DNA of 64,000 bases. Source: Narcine bancroftii (taxonomy: Eukaryota). The stretch spans positions 132,928,001 to 132,992,000 of the forward strand of contig NC_091471.1 of NCBI RefSeq assembly GCF_036971445.1, in the 5' to 3' direction. The notes under the pieces were generated by a model, which searched no databases, was not told where the DNA came from, and saw only the letters and a list, made by a program, of their open reading frames with translations. Positions 51,591 to 63,710 of this stretch are shown here, piece by piece. The stretch's first letter is position 1; the number at the start of each line of letters is the position of its first letter. The translations under genes and the position numbers were made by a program.

Positions 51591-51771
51591 AGGTTTGAGT
51601 AATTCACTCCTACTGTCCCTGAAAAAGAAGTGTTTCATGAGAGAGATGAATCCACTGATTTCAAGCAAGCAGTAACAAGTGTATTATTTTTTAGATATTT
51701 TCCATGCTGCATCAGGGAGATAATCTCAACATATATTCACAAGTATTGTTGCAAATACATTTTTTGCCCAT

Positions 51772-52171
51772 AATGTTGCAATAAGCAGCAGAGACCTACA
51801 GGTGGGTGAGATACAAGGCATGGTGACGTGGCTTAAAACAGTAACAGGAGCTGAAAAAAGGATAATTAAAAAAAAACTTTGCAAGTGTTATTAAGAACAA
51901 TACTAATGGTTTATTTCTGTAAACCTATTAAGTTTCATCACCAAATTTATTTGCAACTTTCCTCATGAGGGTTCATCTGTCTTTGGAGGACTCCATTTTC
52001 ACTTAAATTACTTGTTACAATATACTTCTTAAACCATTAGTATTGTTCTTAATAACACTTGCAAAGTTTTTTTTTAATTATCCTTTTTTCAGCTCCTGTT
52101 ACTGTTTTAAGCCACGTCACCATGCCTTGTATCTCACCCACCTGTAGGTCTCTGCTGCTTATTGCAACATT
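51772..52171. repeat. Perfect 142-bp inverted repeat with a 116-bp spacer
   Basis: 51772-51913 is the exact reverse complement of 52030-52171, including homopolymer lengths. Confidence 0.95.
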
Positions 52172-52319
52172 CAAAGCCACAATACCATTTTTCTACGCTG
52201 AAAAAAATATTGTAGGATCTCTCATTGAGGTTAGATAAATGATCTCAGATGCATCTTATTGTCTTTTAAAATCTCCCCCGTCGAAGGCAGGAGACTAACA
52301 TCTGGTTTCTGTTCTGAAG

Positions 52320-52370
52320 GGATTTCTTAAAATGGAACTGAAAATAATCTGGAGCTATTTAAAGGAACAC
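52320..52370 (+). promoter_or_regulatory. JCHAIN proximal promoter candidate
   Basis: Exact ETS-IRF composite GGAACTGAAA 52334-52343; TATA/MEF2-like CTATTTAAAG 52355-52364, about 110 nt before the ATG. Confidence 0.6.
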
Positions 52371-52469
52371 ATTAAAAAAACAGGCAAACCTGGTCTTTCA
52401 TTTTGTTTAAGTGTACAGATCAGTTCAAGTGAACAGCCAAAGGAAGATCAAAGAAGCTGACATTCCATT

Positions 52470-52533
52470 ATGAAGAGCAATCAAATGCTGAGGCCTTTGG
52501 CAGCAATTCTGCTTTTCACAGTCCTTGTAGCAG
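52470..52533 (+). CDS. JCHAIN: Immunoglobulin J chain, exon 1 (signal peptide)
   Basis: MKSNQMLRPLAAILLFTVLVA+G then CAG|GTAAGA donor; 64 nt, phase 1; splices in frame to 62378. Confidence 0.85.
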
Positions 52534-55039
52534 GTAAGATTTTTAACAATTATAGTTTCAATATGCAATGTGATGACTAAACATCTGGGTTTTTTTAGTA
52601 AATAGAAAACAAGGAAGTATAAAAACAAAAAAATGAAGGAGACCAAGTATTCTCTCCCTGATACCTGTAATTAGAAACACCATCAATGTATGTGGAGACA
52701 TTGGTTTGAGCATGTACAGAAGTAATTAATTAGGCTTGGTACAGAATAATTTGTGGACAGTGATATTGTACAATCATGTGGTTGTGCAATCTCTTTGCAC
52801 ATTGCTCTGATCACCTCAGCATGTGGTGGTCTCATTCATAAATAACTGTGTACTCAACTTTAGCTGTGAATTTTTTTAAATTAACTATTTTATTTTTCTT
52901 ACCATACTTGAATAATTATTTTTAAAATACATCTGTCACATAATTTTTAATGTCTAATCACCATAATTTAACTATAAAATAGCTCCAGTAGCAATCTGTT
53001 ACATTGGTATCAAATGAAAGAGAATATTTCTACTTAATCAGAGACACCTCAATTGGGGACCAGGGCTCTTTATCTCCATTTAGCCATTTATGTCAAGCGT
53101 CAGAAAAGGTCCCTAAGCAATCCAAAAATCAAGATTCAATTTATTATCCTAGTAATAAAACAGTGACTTATTACATGAAATTTCTTTTTGCCTGCTGCAA
53201 GGCAGACAGATTCACCACTGGCAGGAATTGCCTAAGTGCCTCTTACAGTCAGAGAGAGTGAGAATCAAAAGAGAGTTCCCCTAGAGTCCCCAAGTGTCTG
53301 TAGATTCAACCCCCCACAGCCACACAAAGTCCAGTCCAATCCATTGGAAACCCGAGCTCCAGATAAAAACCTCCAGCACCTTCTCTCACCTCAGTTCCAA
53401 TACCTGGCACCCCTCCAGCCAGTTCAAGCCAGTCTCCAGCAGTCCGCAGCCCAGCGTGAGTCTCCCAACAGTAATCTCCAGCAGCCCACAGCTCCCACAG
53501 GTTCCTTGCCTCGAGTCGCCAGCAGCCCGCCGCATCCACTAGTCCCTCAGCTGCAGAGCCGCCTCACTGGTTCGCCGCTGTGGTCACCATCCCTGTGGGT
53601 CATCTCCTCTCCTTCTCCCTCTCAGACTATGCATGATCTTCCCATCCTCTGGTGCCCTGCTCCAGTCCTCTGCTTCCCCGGAGTCTCCAGCCCCTTGTGG
53701 CTGCTGCCGATTAATAGGTGTAGCCATCTTAGGTGCAGACCCACGGCCGCGGGTTATCAACTAAAACCATTGTCTGCTCCCTGAACGGGTCATTCAAATC
53801 CCGTGCAGAGCTAACGGCAATCGACTGGGCAGCTGGACCCTGCAGGAACCCTGTATCTCTGCTCCCCGTGGGTCTGCGCCAGCCAAATAACTAGGCCCAC
53901 AGGAGACTGCAGATGCTGGAATCAGAAGCCAAACTCAATCTGCTTCAAGGACAAGGAAGATCAGTGGGCCAGATCCCATTCTTTTTTCCCCACTAAAGTT
54001 GCTTGACCCACTGAGAATGTTGTAAACAGGAAGTCCGAAGATCCTGAGGTCTATTGCAGTACATAAAAATGCTGGAGAAATTCAACAGGTCACATAGCAT
54101 CCATGGAAAGTAAAAGGTAATCAACACTTCTCGCCTTAAACCTCCTTCAGAAGTTCCGAAAATCAGGCCTGATTAAAAAGCTGGGATGGTTGGGGGGTGG
54201 GGGGTGGGGGCAGGAAAGAAAGAGGACAGATTGTGTTAGGTTACTACTTGGGCCATTCTGCCAATTTGAGGATTAATTTTTTTTTTATAAACAAGAAACA
54301 AAAGTTTTCAATCAAACATGAAGCAATGAAAAGTTGAAAAAGTCTAACAGAAAAGCACAATTATAAAATATAAAAATATAAATAAAAGTTTTAATGATAA
54401 AATGGCAAAAAAATCTAACTGTATTATTGAAACATTTTTCTTGCCCTAACTGTGAATATTTATCGATGTCTCCATTCATATTTATCCTATCTTTTTCTGT
54501 CTTGGCCTATTGTGATCATTTAATATATACAATTGCTGTTGTTTGGCTGCACCAAATATAAATTTTGGTGTATCTGTACATTACACTCATGTATAATGGA
54601 ATAGACTCTCTTCCTCATAATTCAAAACCCACAAAATTGAGATGAAATCATTCATAAAGCTATTTTAAAAACTAATTTTAATTTCTTAAAAAAAAACTAC
54701 CAAGAATATAATAAAATGTATTGTTTGATGAAATTAATTACAATAAACTCATCTTGTACTATATATTGTACAGCTTTTTAACTAAACATTATGCCATCCA
54801 GCCCCAAAGCCAAAAATATGCTCTCCATCTCAAGAGACATTTCCACTTCTTATATTAGTGATTACATAAGTTTTTTTCTTCTGTAGGGGCAACTCAGCTC
54901 AGGGTATTTGAGAAGTTTTAAAAAATCAAGAAATAAATGCAAAAATAAATGAAAAAGAATTGCAAGTGTTGTCAAAGTTAAGATCAAAATTTTTATTTAA
55001 TGTAAATGCATTGGAGAAAATAACCAGGAAAATATACTT

Positions 55040-58000
55040 TTTTTCAAACCTTAAAGATAGAAAAAACATAAAATATAGTCCAATAATCATCAAAAATTAA
55101 TTTTACAAATATATATTAAAAAAACAAAAAAAAAGACAGCAAAATTAAAATTAAAATAAAAAAAAAACCAAACCCGCCCTCCCACCCCTTCAGCCAGCTC
55201 CCTTAAGGGGAGCCAAAAATATAAAGTATATACAAACAAAATTATAAATGTTGAAAACAACTCAAAGTATATCTAAATGCATATATTCCAAATACGGAGA
55301 CCATTTTCTAATAAGAATAATTATCATGTAAATTATATGTAAATTTTTCCATAACAATACAAGTTTTCAATTCATTGTGCCGACGTAGTATATTAATCTC
55401 TATATTGTCTTTCCAAGTACTCGCAGCACATTTATGTGCTACTGATAACACCAAACATACAAAAGCAATTTGGATTTTATCCAAACCTAATTCCGTCAAT
55501 GAAATCAAATTACCCAGGAAGAAAATCATTGGGTCGAATGGTAATGTGAAGTTGTACAATTTTTCCAAAACTACTTTAATTCCTTGCCAGAATGGTTGAA
55601 CTTTAACACAAGTCCAAAGAGCATGTAAAAAAAGTTCCAATACATGAATCACATCTAAAACACAAGTCTGAATTACTAAATCCACATTTTTTAGTTTCTC
55701 TGGAGTCAAATATAATTGATGTAAAAAATTATAATTAACCATTCCATATCTTACATTAGTTAATTTGATTACATTGTCCTGACACATATCCACCCAATCA
55801 TCTTCAGGAAAAATAAACACTATATCACTCTCCCATTAAAGTTTAGATTTATCCCAATCTGGTTTATCCATATTATCTTGTAACAAATTGTACATAACTG
55901 AAATATAACCCTTCTTTGGTACAGAGGAAATCAAAGACTCAAATCTCGACAAAGTAGGTAAATTCATTTCTCTACCATAATTATCCCTTACGAAGGCTCT
56001 AAGTTGGTAACACACAAACAAAGAATTTACAGATATATCAAATCTCTCTCTCAATTGATTAAAAGAAAGAAATTGTCCCTCTTCAAAACAATCCTGTATT
56101 GTCTTTATACCCTTAAAATCCCAACTCTTTAAATAATTATTAAACATTGAAAAAGAAATAAGTTGGTTATTATACAATGGGGTTAAAATTGATCATTTAT
56201 CTTTTGGTCCCAAAACCCTATTTTTTTTTAAATACAGATCTTTAATAAATGTTTCAATACCGGCATATTATATTCCTGTAATAAATTCAAATTCCAACAA
56301 AATATAAATTCATGTACCTCGACCTCAGAAATACCTGCCATTTCCACCTTAGCCCAGCTAGGAGATTGATCTAGATCCATCAACCTGCTAATAAACTTCA
56401 ACTGGGCCACTTCATAATAATTTTGAAAATATGGTAACTGAACTCCACCTAACACATATTTTTGTACAATGCCACTCGAGCTAATTTACCTTTCCATAAA
56501 AACTCCTGCACTACCTTATTTAAATCCTGAAACAAACCTTTTGAAAGCAAACAAGGTATTGACTGAAATAAATATTGAATTTGGGGGAAAATATTCATTT
56601 TAATACAATTGACCCTACCAATCAAAGTCAATGGAAAATCTTTCCACTTAATCAAATCTGCTTTAATCCATTTAATATAGACACATAATTTAATGGATAC
56701 AATGACTGATAATTAACATAATCAAACACACCTAAATATTTAATTTTATTTCAAATGTTCTTTTTCTGTCAAATGTATTTCTTGTAAAAAGGCAATATCA
56801 ATTTTCATTTTTTAATACATAAGCCAATACCCTCTTTCACTTAATTGGATTATTTAATCCCTGAACATTAAAAGTTGCAAAATTCAAAGTAGACATTTTT
56901 ACTAAGTACTAATATATTTACACTCTATAAAATAATGCTCCCCTTTATAATCCTTCAAAAATACAAAAAACCCACCCCTCCCTCAATAATTTTTTTTAAA
57001 TGTTTCAAAAACTTCAAAAATATAAAAACCACCCAAAGGTAGTAACACCCTAAAAATCTGGGTATGGTAAGCCCACTAGTGGCAGATGACAGTCAAAGCT
57101 TTCAGTGTCATCCACTCCACACAGCCAGATATATATTCATTATGTAATTAAAAACAATCAAAAATAGTAAATATATTCAACCCAATGATTCCAAGCCCAA
57201 TGATTGTTCCAGATCTTCAATGTCAAGAAGACTTCGTGTCAGCTCTTCTTTCTTTCCATTCTTTCCATACCCATTCCTGTCCCCATTTCCATCTCCATTT
57301 CCCTTCCTCTTAGGAGACAATGGTGAAGGCCATCAATTTCTTCACAATTCTGGCAATGAATTAGCAAAAACCAAGGCATTGTGATCATTCTCAAAAAATT
57401 GAGATTGAAAGTTTCCGTAAAAAACCTTCAAAATTGCAGGATAACAAAAAGCAAACTTATAGCCCTTTCGCCATAAGACATCTTCAGGCGAATTAAATAC
57501 CCGTTGTCTTCTAATAACCTCTTGACTCAAATCGGAATTAAAAAAACATTACTTTTGAATCATCAACAGGGATTGACTCTGCCGCGCTTTCTGTACTGCC
57601 ATTTGTAGAATCATTTCTCTATCTTGATATTTCAAACAATGAATCAAGACCGCCTTCAATGTTTATCCTGGAGGTGGTTTTTTTCCTCAATTCTCTATGG
57701 GCCCGATCCAGTTCCAAACCTTCAGGAAAAAGCTCTTTACCCAGTACCTCTGGGATCCAATGCTTAAAATTTTTTATTGGATCAGAACCTTCAAAGTCCT
57801 CTGGAAGACCAACTATTTTCACATTATTTCTCCGGCTTTGATTTTTCAATGAATCAATCTTCATCAATAAATCCTTTCTTTGAATCCCCCAATCTACAAA
57901 AGGATCTTCTACTTTTTCCATTTTCTCTCTTTTGCGTTCCACCTGATTTTAACATTCAGAAAAGGCTGTTTCAATTTTTTTTAATTATCTTGTACAATAT

Positions 58001-60025
58001 CAACAGATTTTATACATCTGTTAATATCACTCTTAACTACAGTCATTTCTTGTTTCATAGTTGACATTTCTTCACACAAAGTATTCATTTTTGATTTCAC
58101 CTCCATAGGTGTCATATCTTCTTTGGCTTGGCTTCGCGGACGAAGATTTATGGAGGGGGTAAATGTCCACGTCAGCTGCAGGCTCATTTGTGGCTGACAA
58201 GTCCGATGCAGGAGAGGCAGACACGGTTGCAGCGGTTGCAGGGGAAAATTGGTTGGTTGGGGTTGGGTGTTGGGTTTTTCCTCCTTTGCCTTTTGTCAGT
58301 GAGGTGGGCTCTGCGGTCTTCTTCAAAGGAGGTTGCTGCCTGCTGAACAGTGAGGCGCCAAGATGCACGGTTTGAGGTGATATCAGCCCACTGGCGGTGG
58401 TCAATGTGGCAGGCACCAAGAGATTTCTTTAGGCAGTCCTTGTACCTTTTCTTTGGTGCACCTCTATCATGGTGGCCAGTGGAGAGCTCGCCATATAACA
58501 CGATCTTGGGAAGGCGATGGTCCTCCATTCTGGAGACGTGACCCACCCAGCGCAGCTGGATCTTCAGCAGCGTGGACTCGATGCTGTCGGCCTCTGCCAT
58601 CTCGAGTACTTCGATGTTTGGAGATGAAGTCGCTCCAATGAATGTTGAGGATGGAGCGGAGACAATGCTGGTGGAAGCATTCTAGGAGCCGTAGGTGATG
58701 CCGGTAGAGGACCCATGATTTGGAGCCGAACAGGAGTGTGGGTATGACAACGGCTCTGTATACGCTTATCTTTGTGAGGTTTTTCAGTTGGTTGTTTTTC
58801 CAGACTCTTTTGTGTAGTCTTCCAAAGGCGCTATTTGCCTTGGCGAGTCTGTTGTCTATCTCGTTGTCGATCCTTGCATCTGATGAAATGGTGCAGCCGA
58901 GATAGGTAAACTGGTTGACCGTTTTGAGTTTTGTGTGCCCGATGGAGATGTGGGGGGGCTGGTAGTCATGGTGGGGAGCTGGCTGATGGAGGACCTCAGT
59001 TTTCTTCAGGCTGACTTCCAGGCCAAACATTTTGGCAGTTTCCGCAAAACAGGACGTCAAGCGCTGAAGAGCTGGCTCTGAATGGGCAACTAAAGCGGCA
59101 TCGTCTGCAAAGAGTAGTTCACGGACAAGTTTCTCTTGTGTCTTGGTGTGAGCTTGCAGGCGCCTCAGATTGAAGAGACTGCCATCCGTGTGGTACCGGA
59201 TGTAAACAGCGTCTTCATTGTTGAGGTCTTTCATGGCTTGGTTCAGCATCATGCTGAAGAAGATTGAAAAGAGGGTTGGTGCGAGAACACAGCCTTGCTT
59301 CATGCCATTGTTAATGGAGAAGGGTTCAGAGAGCTCATTTCTGTATCTGACCCGACCTTGTTGGTTTTCGTGCAGTTGGATAACCATGCTGAGGAGCTTT
59401 GGGGGGCATCCGATGCGTTCTAGTATTTGTCAAAGCCGTTTCCTGCTCACGGTGTCGAAGGCTTTGGTGAGGTCAACAAAGGTGATGTAGAGTCCTTTGT
59501 TTTGTTCTCTGCACTTTTCTTGGAGCTGTCTGAGGGCAAAGACCATGTCAGTAGTTCCTCTGTTTGCGCGAAAGCCGCACTGTGATTCTGGGAGAATATT
59601 CTCGGCGACACTAGGTATTATTCTATTTAGGAGAATCCTAGTGAAGATGTCATATACACCTGTCATATACACACATGGACACTGTACTGGAACAGAGGAG
59701 TTACATGATTACATTTTATGCAAGAATTCTTTTTATAAGAATTGAAAAGCAATTCATTTGGTCATTTGAGTTGAAATTTGTTTTGACATATTATTCATTT
59801 GGGAGCAATCCCTTCCACATCTATACTTTTATATGGTAATTTCTTCTGAAGTTGAGTTTTAGATTTCTTCACATTGGTAGCCATGGTGAATCACTGTTAT
59901 TCAAAAAACTGTAAATATTATTTTTAACCACTTTTATACTTTTTTTTTTAAAATCGGGTATTTAAATATCCAGCTGGGAAAAGGTGGAACACATGTCTTT
60001 CTTCTACGCCATCTTGCCACGCCCC
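55040..60025 (-). mobile_element. L1-clade LINE with both termini and the RT deleted, antisense in JCHAIN intron 1
   Basis: TSD CAGGAAAATATACTT (55025-55039, 60026-60040); 5' end GGGGCGTGGCAAGATGGCG; ORF1 NQSRRNNVKIVGLPE...ELDRAHR; ORF2 starts MSTLNFATFNVQGLN at 56896 and jumps at about 56749 to IKYLG and the C-terminus. Confidence 0.9.
58118..59647 (-). mobile_element. RTE-clade LINE (AviRTE-like), 5'-truncated, nested in the L1 ORF1
   Basis: ESQCGFR, FVDLTKAFDTV, QGCVLAPTLF, LLFADDAAL; TSD-like TGTCATAT (58110-58117, 59648-59655). Confidence 0.95.
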
Positions 60026-61044
60026 CAGGAAAATATACTTGATAAGGATATAAAAGATTGTATTGAACATTAAGTGAATAGACCTTTATGAAATGAGTAT
60101 TTTATACCCACTTTTACAGAAGGGGAAAAAACATCAACACAAAAACAAAACTTCAATCAAGGAAAATGTAATAAATGTAAATATTAAAATGGAAAAGGAG
60201 AAAAATCCGGCTGTCTGGTAAATATTGAGTCTGCTAAAGGTTTGGAAAACTGGAAGTATTACTTTCTTTAAAAATGGGTTAAAAAACAGATAACCACTAA
60301 TTTGTCAGTTGTGGATGATGTTCTGGTCATTTTTATTGTGATCAACTTTTATGGAATGTAGATATCACTGGGAAGACGAGCACTCCTGGAAGTGTTTTTT
60401 TTCCTCAATGCTCTATGGGCCCGATCCAACTCCAAACCTTCAGGAAAAAGCACTGCATTTGCAGCACTGGAATCTGTCAGAGTGACTGAGAACCTGCACA
60501 GGCAAGGTCTGATCAAAGACTAACAGCATGGACTTAAGAGGGCTAGGTTACACTAGAACCACTTCTTTTTGAGAAGGTGCATCGGCAGGGAAGTACGCAT
60601 GGACACTGTACTGGAAAAGAGGAGTTACATGATTAAATTTATGCAAGAATTCTTTTTAGAAGAATTGAAAAGCAATGCATTGAAATTAAAGAATGCAATA
60701 AAATTGGTTGAGGGAAAGGATTTTAAATAAGAAAAATCAAGAAACTGAATCAGTTTGGTGGCATAGAAATATAATTGAAATATATGAAATCTTTTTGAGG
60801 TTTGACAGGGTAATTCCAGGGATTATGTTTCTGTTAATTGGGGAACCCAAAATCAAAGTTTAGCCTTTTGGGATGGACATCAGAAAAAAATCTTCACCCA
60901 GAGGGTAATGAGTGTTTGGTACTCTCTACCTAGGGAATCTATGGAGGCTGGGTTCCTGAATATATTCAAGAGAGAGACCAATGAATATTTAGATATCTTG
61001 GGATAGGAGCATCGTACAAAAAAGAGGTGAAAGATCAAGGCAGC

Positions 61045-61274
61045 ACAGTTAGCATTGGGGGGGATACCACGGTTAGCGTTAGTGCAACACTGTTACAGCA
61101 CCAGCGATCAGAATTGTGGCTCGAATCCCATACTGTAAGAAGTTCACATGTTCTCCCAGTGTCTGTGTGGGTTTTCCCCAAGTTCTGGTTCCCTCCCACC
61201 ATTCAAAAATATACCGAGGGTTGTAGGTCAATTGGGTGGCATGGGCTCGTGGGCCAAAAGGACCTGTTACCATG
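61045..61274 (+). mobile_element. tRNA-derived V-SINE-like element
   Basis: GGTTAGC A-box-like and TCGAATCC B-box-like motifs, followed by TGTTCTCCCAGTGTCTGTGTGGGTTTTCC, resembling the V domain. Confidence 0.7.
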
Positions 61275-61636
61275 NNNNNNNNNNNNNNNNNNNNNNNNNN
61301 NNNNNNNNNNNNNNNNNNNNNNNNNNNNNNNNNNNNNNNNNNNNNNNNNNNNNNNNNNNNNNNNNNNNNNNNNNNNNNNNNNNNNNNNNNNNNNNNNNNN
61401 NNNNNNNNNNNNNNNNNNNNNNNNNNNNNNNNNNNNNNNNNNNNNNNNNNNNNNNNNNNNNNNNNNNNNNNNNNNNNNNNNNNNNNNNNNNNNNNNNNNN
61501 NNNNNNNNNNNNNNNNNNNNNNNNNNNNNNNNNNNNNNNNNNNNNNNNNNNNNNNNNNNNNNNNNNNNNNNNNNNNNNNNNNNNNNNNNNNNNNNNNNNN
61601 NNNNNNNNNNNNNNNNNNNNNNNNNNNNNNNNNNNN
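61275..61636. other. Assembly gap within JCHAIN intron 1
   Basis: Run of N. Confidence 1.
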
Positions 61637-62340
61637 TATGATTTCTTCCAAAAGAGTCACAAGGGGGCAAAACACCTACTCCTGATTCTGCTTCTTTTGT
61701 TCATTGTAACATGTTATAGATTTGAGGACAAGAGTAAAGATGAAACAATTTCTCTTTGATACAATATTCTATAGCAAATAGGCTAGCTCATCAGGTTGTT
61801 CACCATTTGCAGCAATGATTTGAATCTTCAGAATAAACCTCAGTATATTATTTAGAATCAGGTTTATTGTCATGAACATGTGTCACAAAATTTGTTGTTT
61901 TGTTTCAGAATTGCACCTGTTCTGTGATGGGATAATACTGGTTAGATAACTCTGACATCTGCCGTAACTGCTACAAAAATTTGTTTCTCATTAGATAATG
62001 CCAATGAGGACCAGACACTCGAGAATGGTGTTTACAGCCCCCCTTGAATTCTGATCACCCATTTTTTTTTAAGTTTCAAACCTCTGCTTCAGCCGGATAG
62101 TGCCAATCTCAACACACAATGTCCTTTTATTAAAGAACATTTGTTCCTTGCCCCTATCACTCTGATGGCCATAGATTTAGAACACTAGCTCGAAAGCGGA
62201 ATAAGCATTTCTTCACATTCTGATACCATAGTTTTGTCTGTCCTGGCAAGACAATTAACATACGTTGAACATTTCTCATAATACAACACGTTCATTTAGA
62301 AGAACAAATGTTACTGATTAAGATGGCTAGCAACCACGTC

Positions 62341-62376
<36 letters not shown>

Positions 62377-62377
62377 G

Positions 62378-62504
62378 CTGATTCTGAAAAGCACCTTCTA
62401 GTTAAATCAAAATGTAACTGCCTGACTATGACATCCAAAACAGTCGTGAATGTATTGCCTTCTGGTGCACGTGTGGAACAGCTTATAAGAGATATAAAAA
62501 TTAC
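62378..62504 (+). CDS. JCHAIN: Immunoglobulin J chain, exon 2
   Basis: T30-ACAG acceptor and AC|GTAAGT donor; 127 nt, phases 1 and 2. (A)DSEKHLLVKSKCNCLTMTSKTV...VEQLIRDIKIT aligns with the mammalian J chain segment VLVDNKCKCARITSRII...IVERNIRII. Confidence 0.93.
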
Positions 62505-62919
62505 GTAAGTAAATGCATTTCCATGTTCACATTGTTTAAAAAAAAAGGCAATTATTGAAAACAACTTTATGCATTGGTTCATTGGATGATTATAACAGAA
62601 AGCAAACTGTCATTGTATCAGTCAGAATCAAATCCTATCTGCATACCTACTGACCATTTTATTCCCCAAGTGAATATGGAAGTCAATAAATGTGTGCCAG
62701 AATTTAATTGCTGGGTTCCAATGGGAAAAGAAACTTTATACTGTACTACTATATAGCCCAATTATTTGTTAGCATTTTTTAAAAATAACCAAATCAGGTA
62801 TTGCTGCACCAATGCAGAAAATTGAAAATTCTGTATGGTATCTGTAGTCAAGATTACCACAGAGAGGGGAAATGATCTTCAGTGAATTAAAAGATGAGAT
62901 GATAGTTTGTCATATACAT

Positions 62920-63710
62920 AATCAAAACACAGAAATGCTGGAGGAACTCAGCTGATCTTGTGCTGTCCATAGGAGGTAAAAATAGATTGCTTGAGCCCTT
63001 CTTCAAGGTGCAGAAATACTGAAGCAATAGCATGGATCTCCCCAGTGGCCACCCATTTCAATTCCCTGCCCCATTCCCTTGCTGATATGTCTGTCCATGG
63101 TCTTATGCACTACCAGGCTGAGACCACCCACAAATAGGAGGAACAACACCTCAGAGTGGCAGTTAACATAGCGGTTAGTGTAACACCTTTACAGCAGTAG
63201 CGATTGGGACCAGACGAGGGTTCCAGTCCAACGCTGTCTGTAAGGAGTTGGTACGTTTTTCCCGTGTCTGTGTGGGTCTTTTCCAGGAAAAAAAATCATA
63301 CCAGGTGTGTAGGTGAATGAGGTGCAAATTGGCCAGCACATATTCATGGGCCAAAATGGCCTGTTACCATGCTGCATGTCTAAAATTAAATGTTAATCTT
63401 CTGTCTGGGCACCCTCCTACTGGATGGCATTAATATAGACTACTCCAGCTTCCATTGCAACTCCCCCACCTTTCTCTTTCTCTCTCTCATCCACCTTTTG
63501 TCTATTGGTCTGTACTCCTCTCCTTCCCATTCTTCCCCCTTTCTTTCCCCAGCCTTTAATTTAGATGCCTATATTGTTTCACTCTTTCCTTGAGGAAGGG
63601 CTCAGGCCCAAAACATTGGTAATATCTCGTTACCTCCTCCAGATGCTGCGAGACCAGCTGAGTTTCTCCAGCAATTCTGTGTTTTGACTACAATGACTAC
63701 ATCTGCAGAC
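62920..63710 (+). mobile_element. Penelope-like 3' region with a V-SINE-like insert at about 63155-63390
   Basis: VATHFNS...EEQHL|IFCLGTLLLDGINIDYSSF reads across the SINE; pLTR end CTGCTGAGTTTCTCCAGCA-like. Confidence 0.75.

Noticed and set aside
1-52000. UTP3 or other mammalian JCHAIN-neighbour genes; CRISPR, rRNA or bona fide tRNA genes
   Set aside because: No matching peptide or RNA seen; tRNA-like boxes belong to SINEs or primer binding sites.
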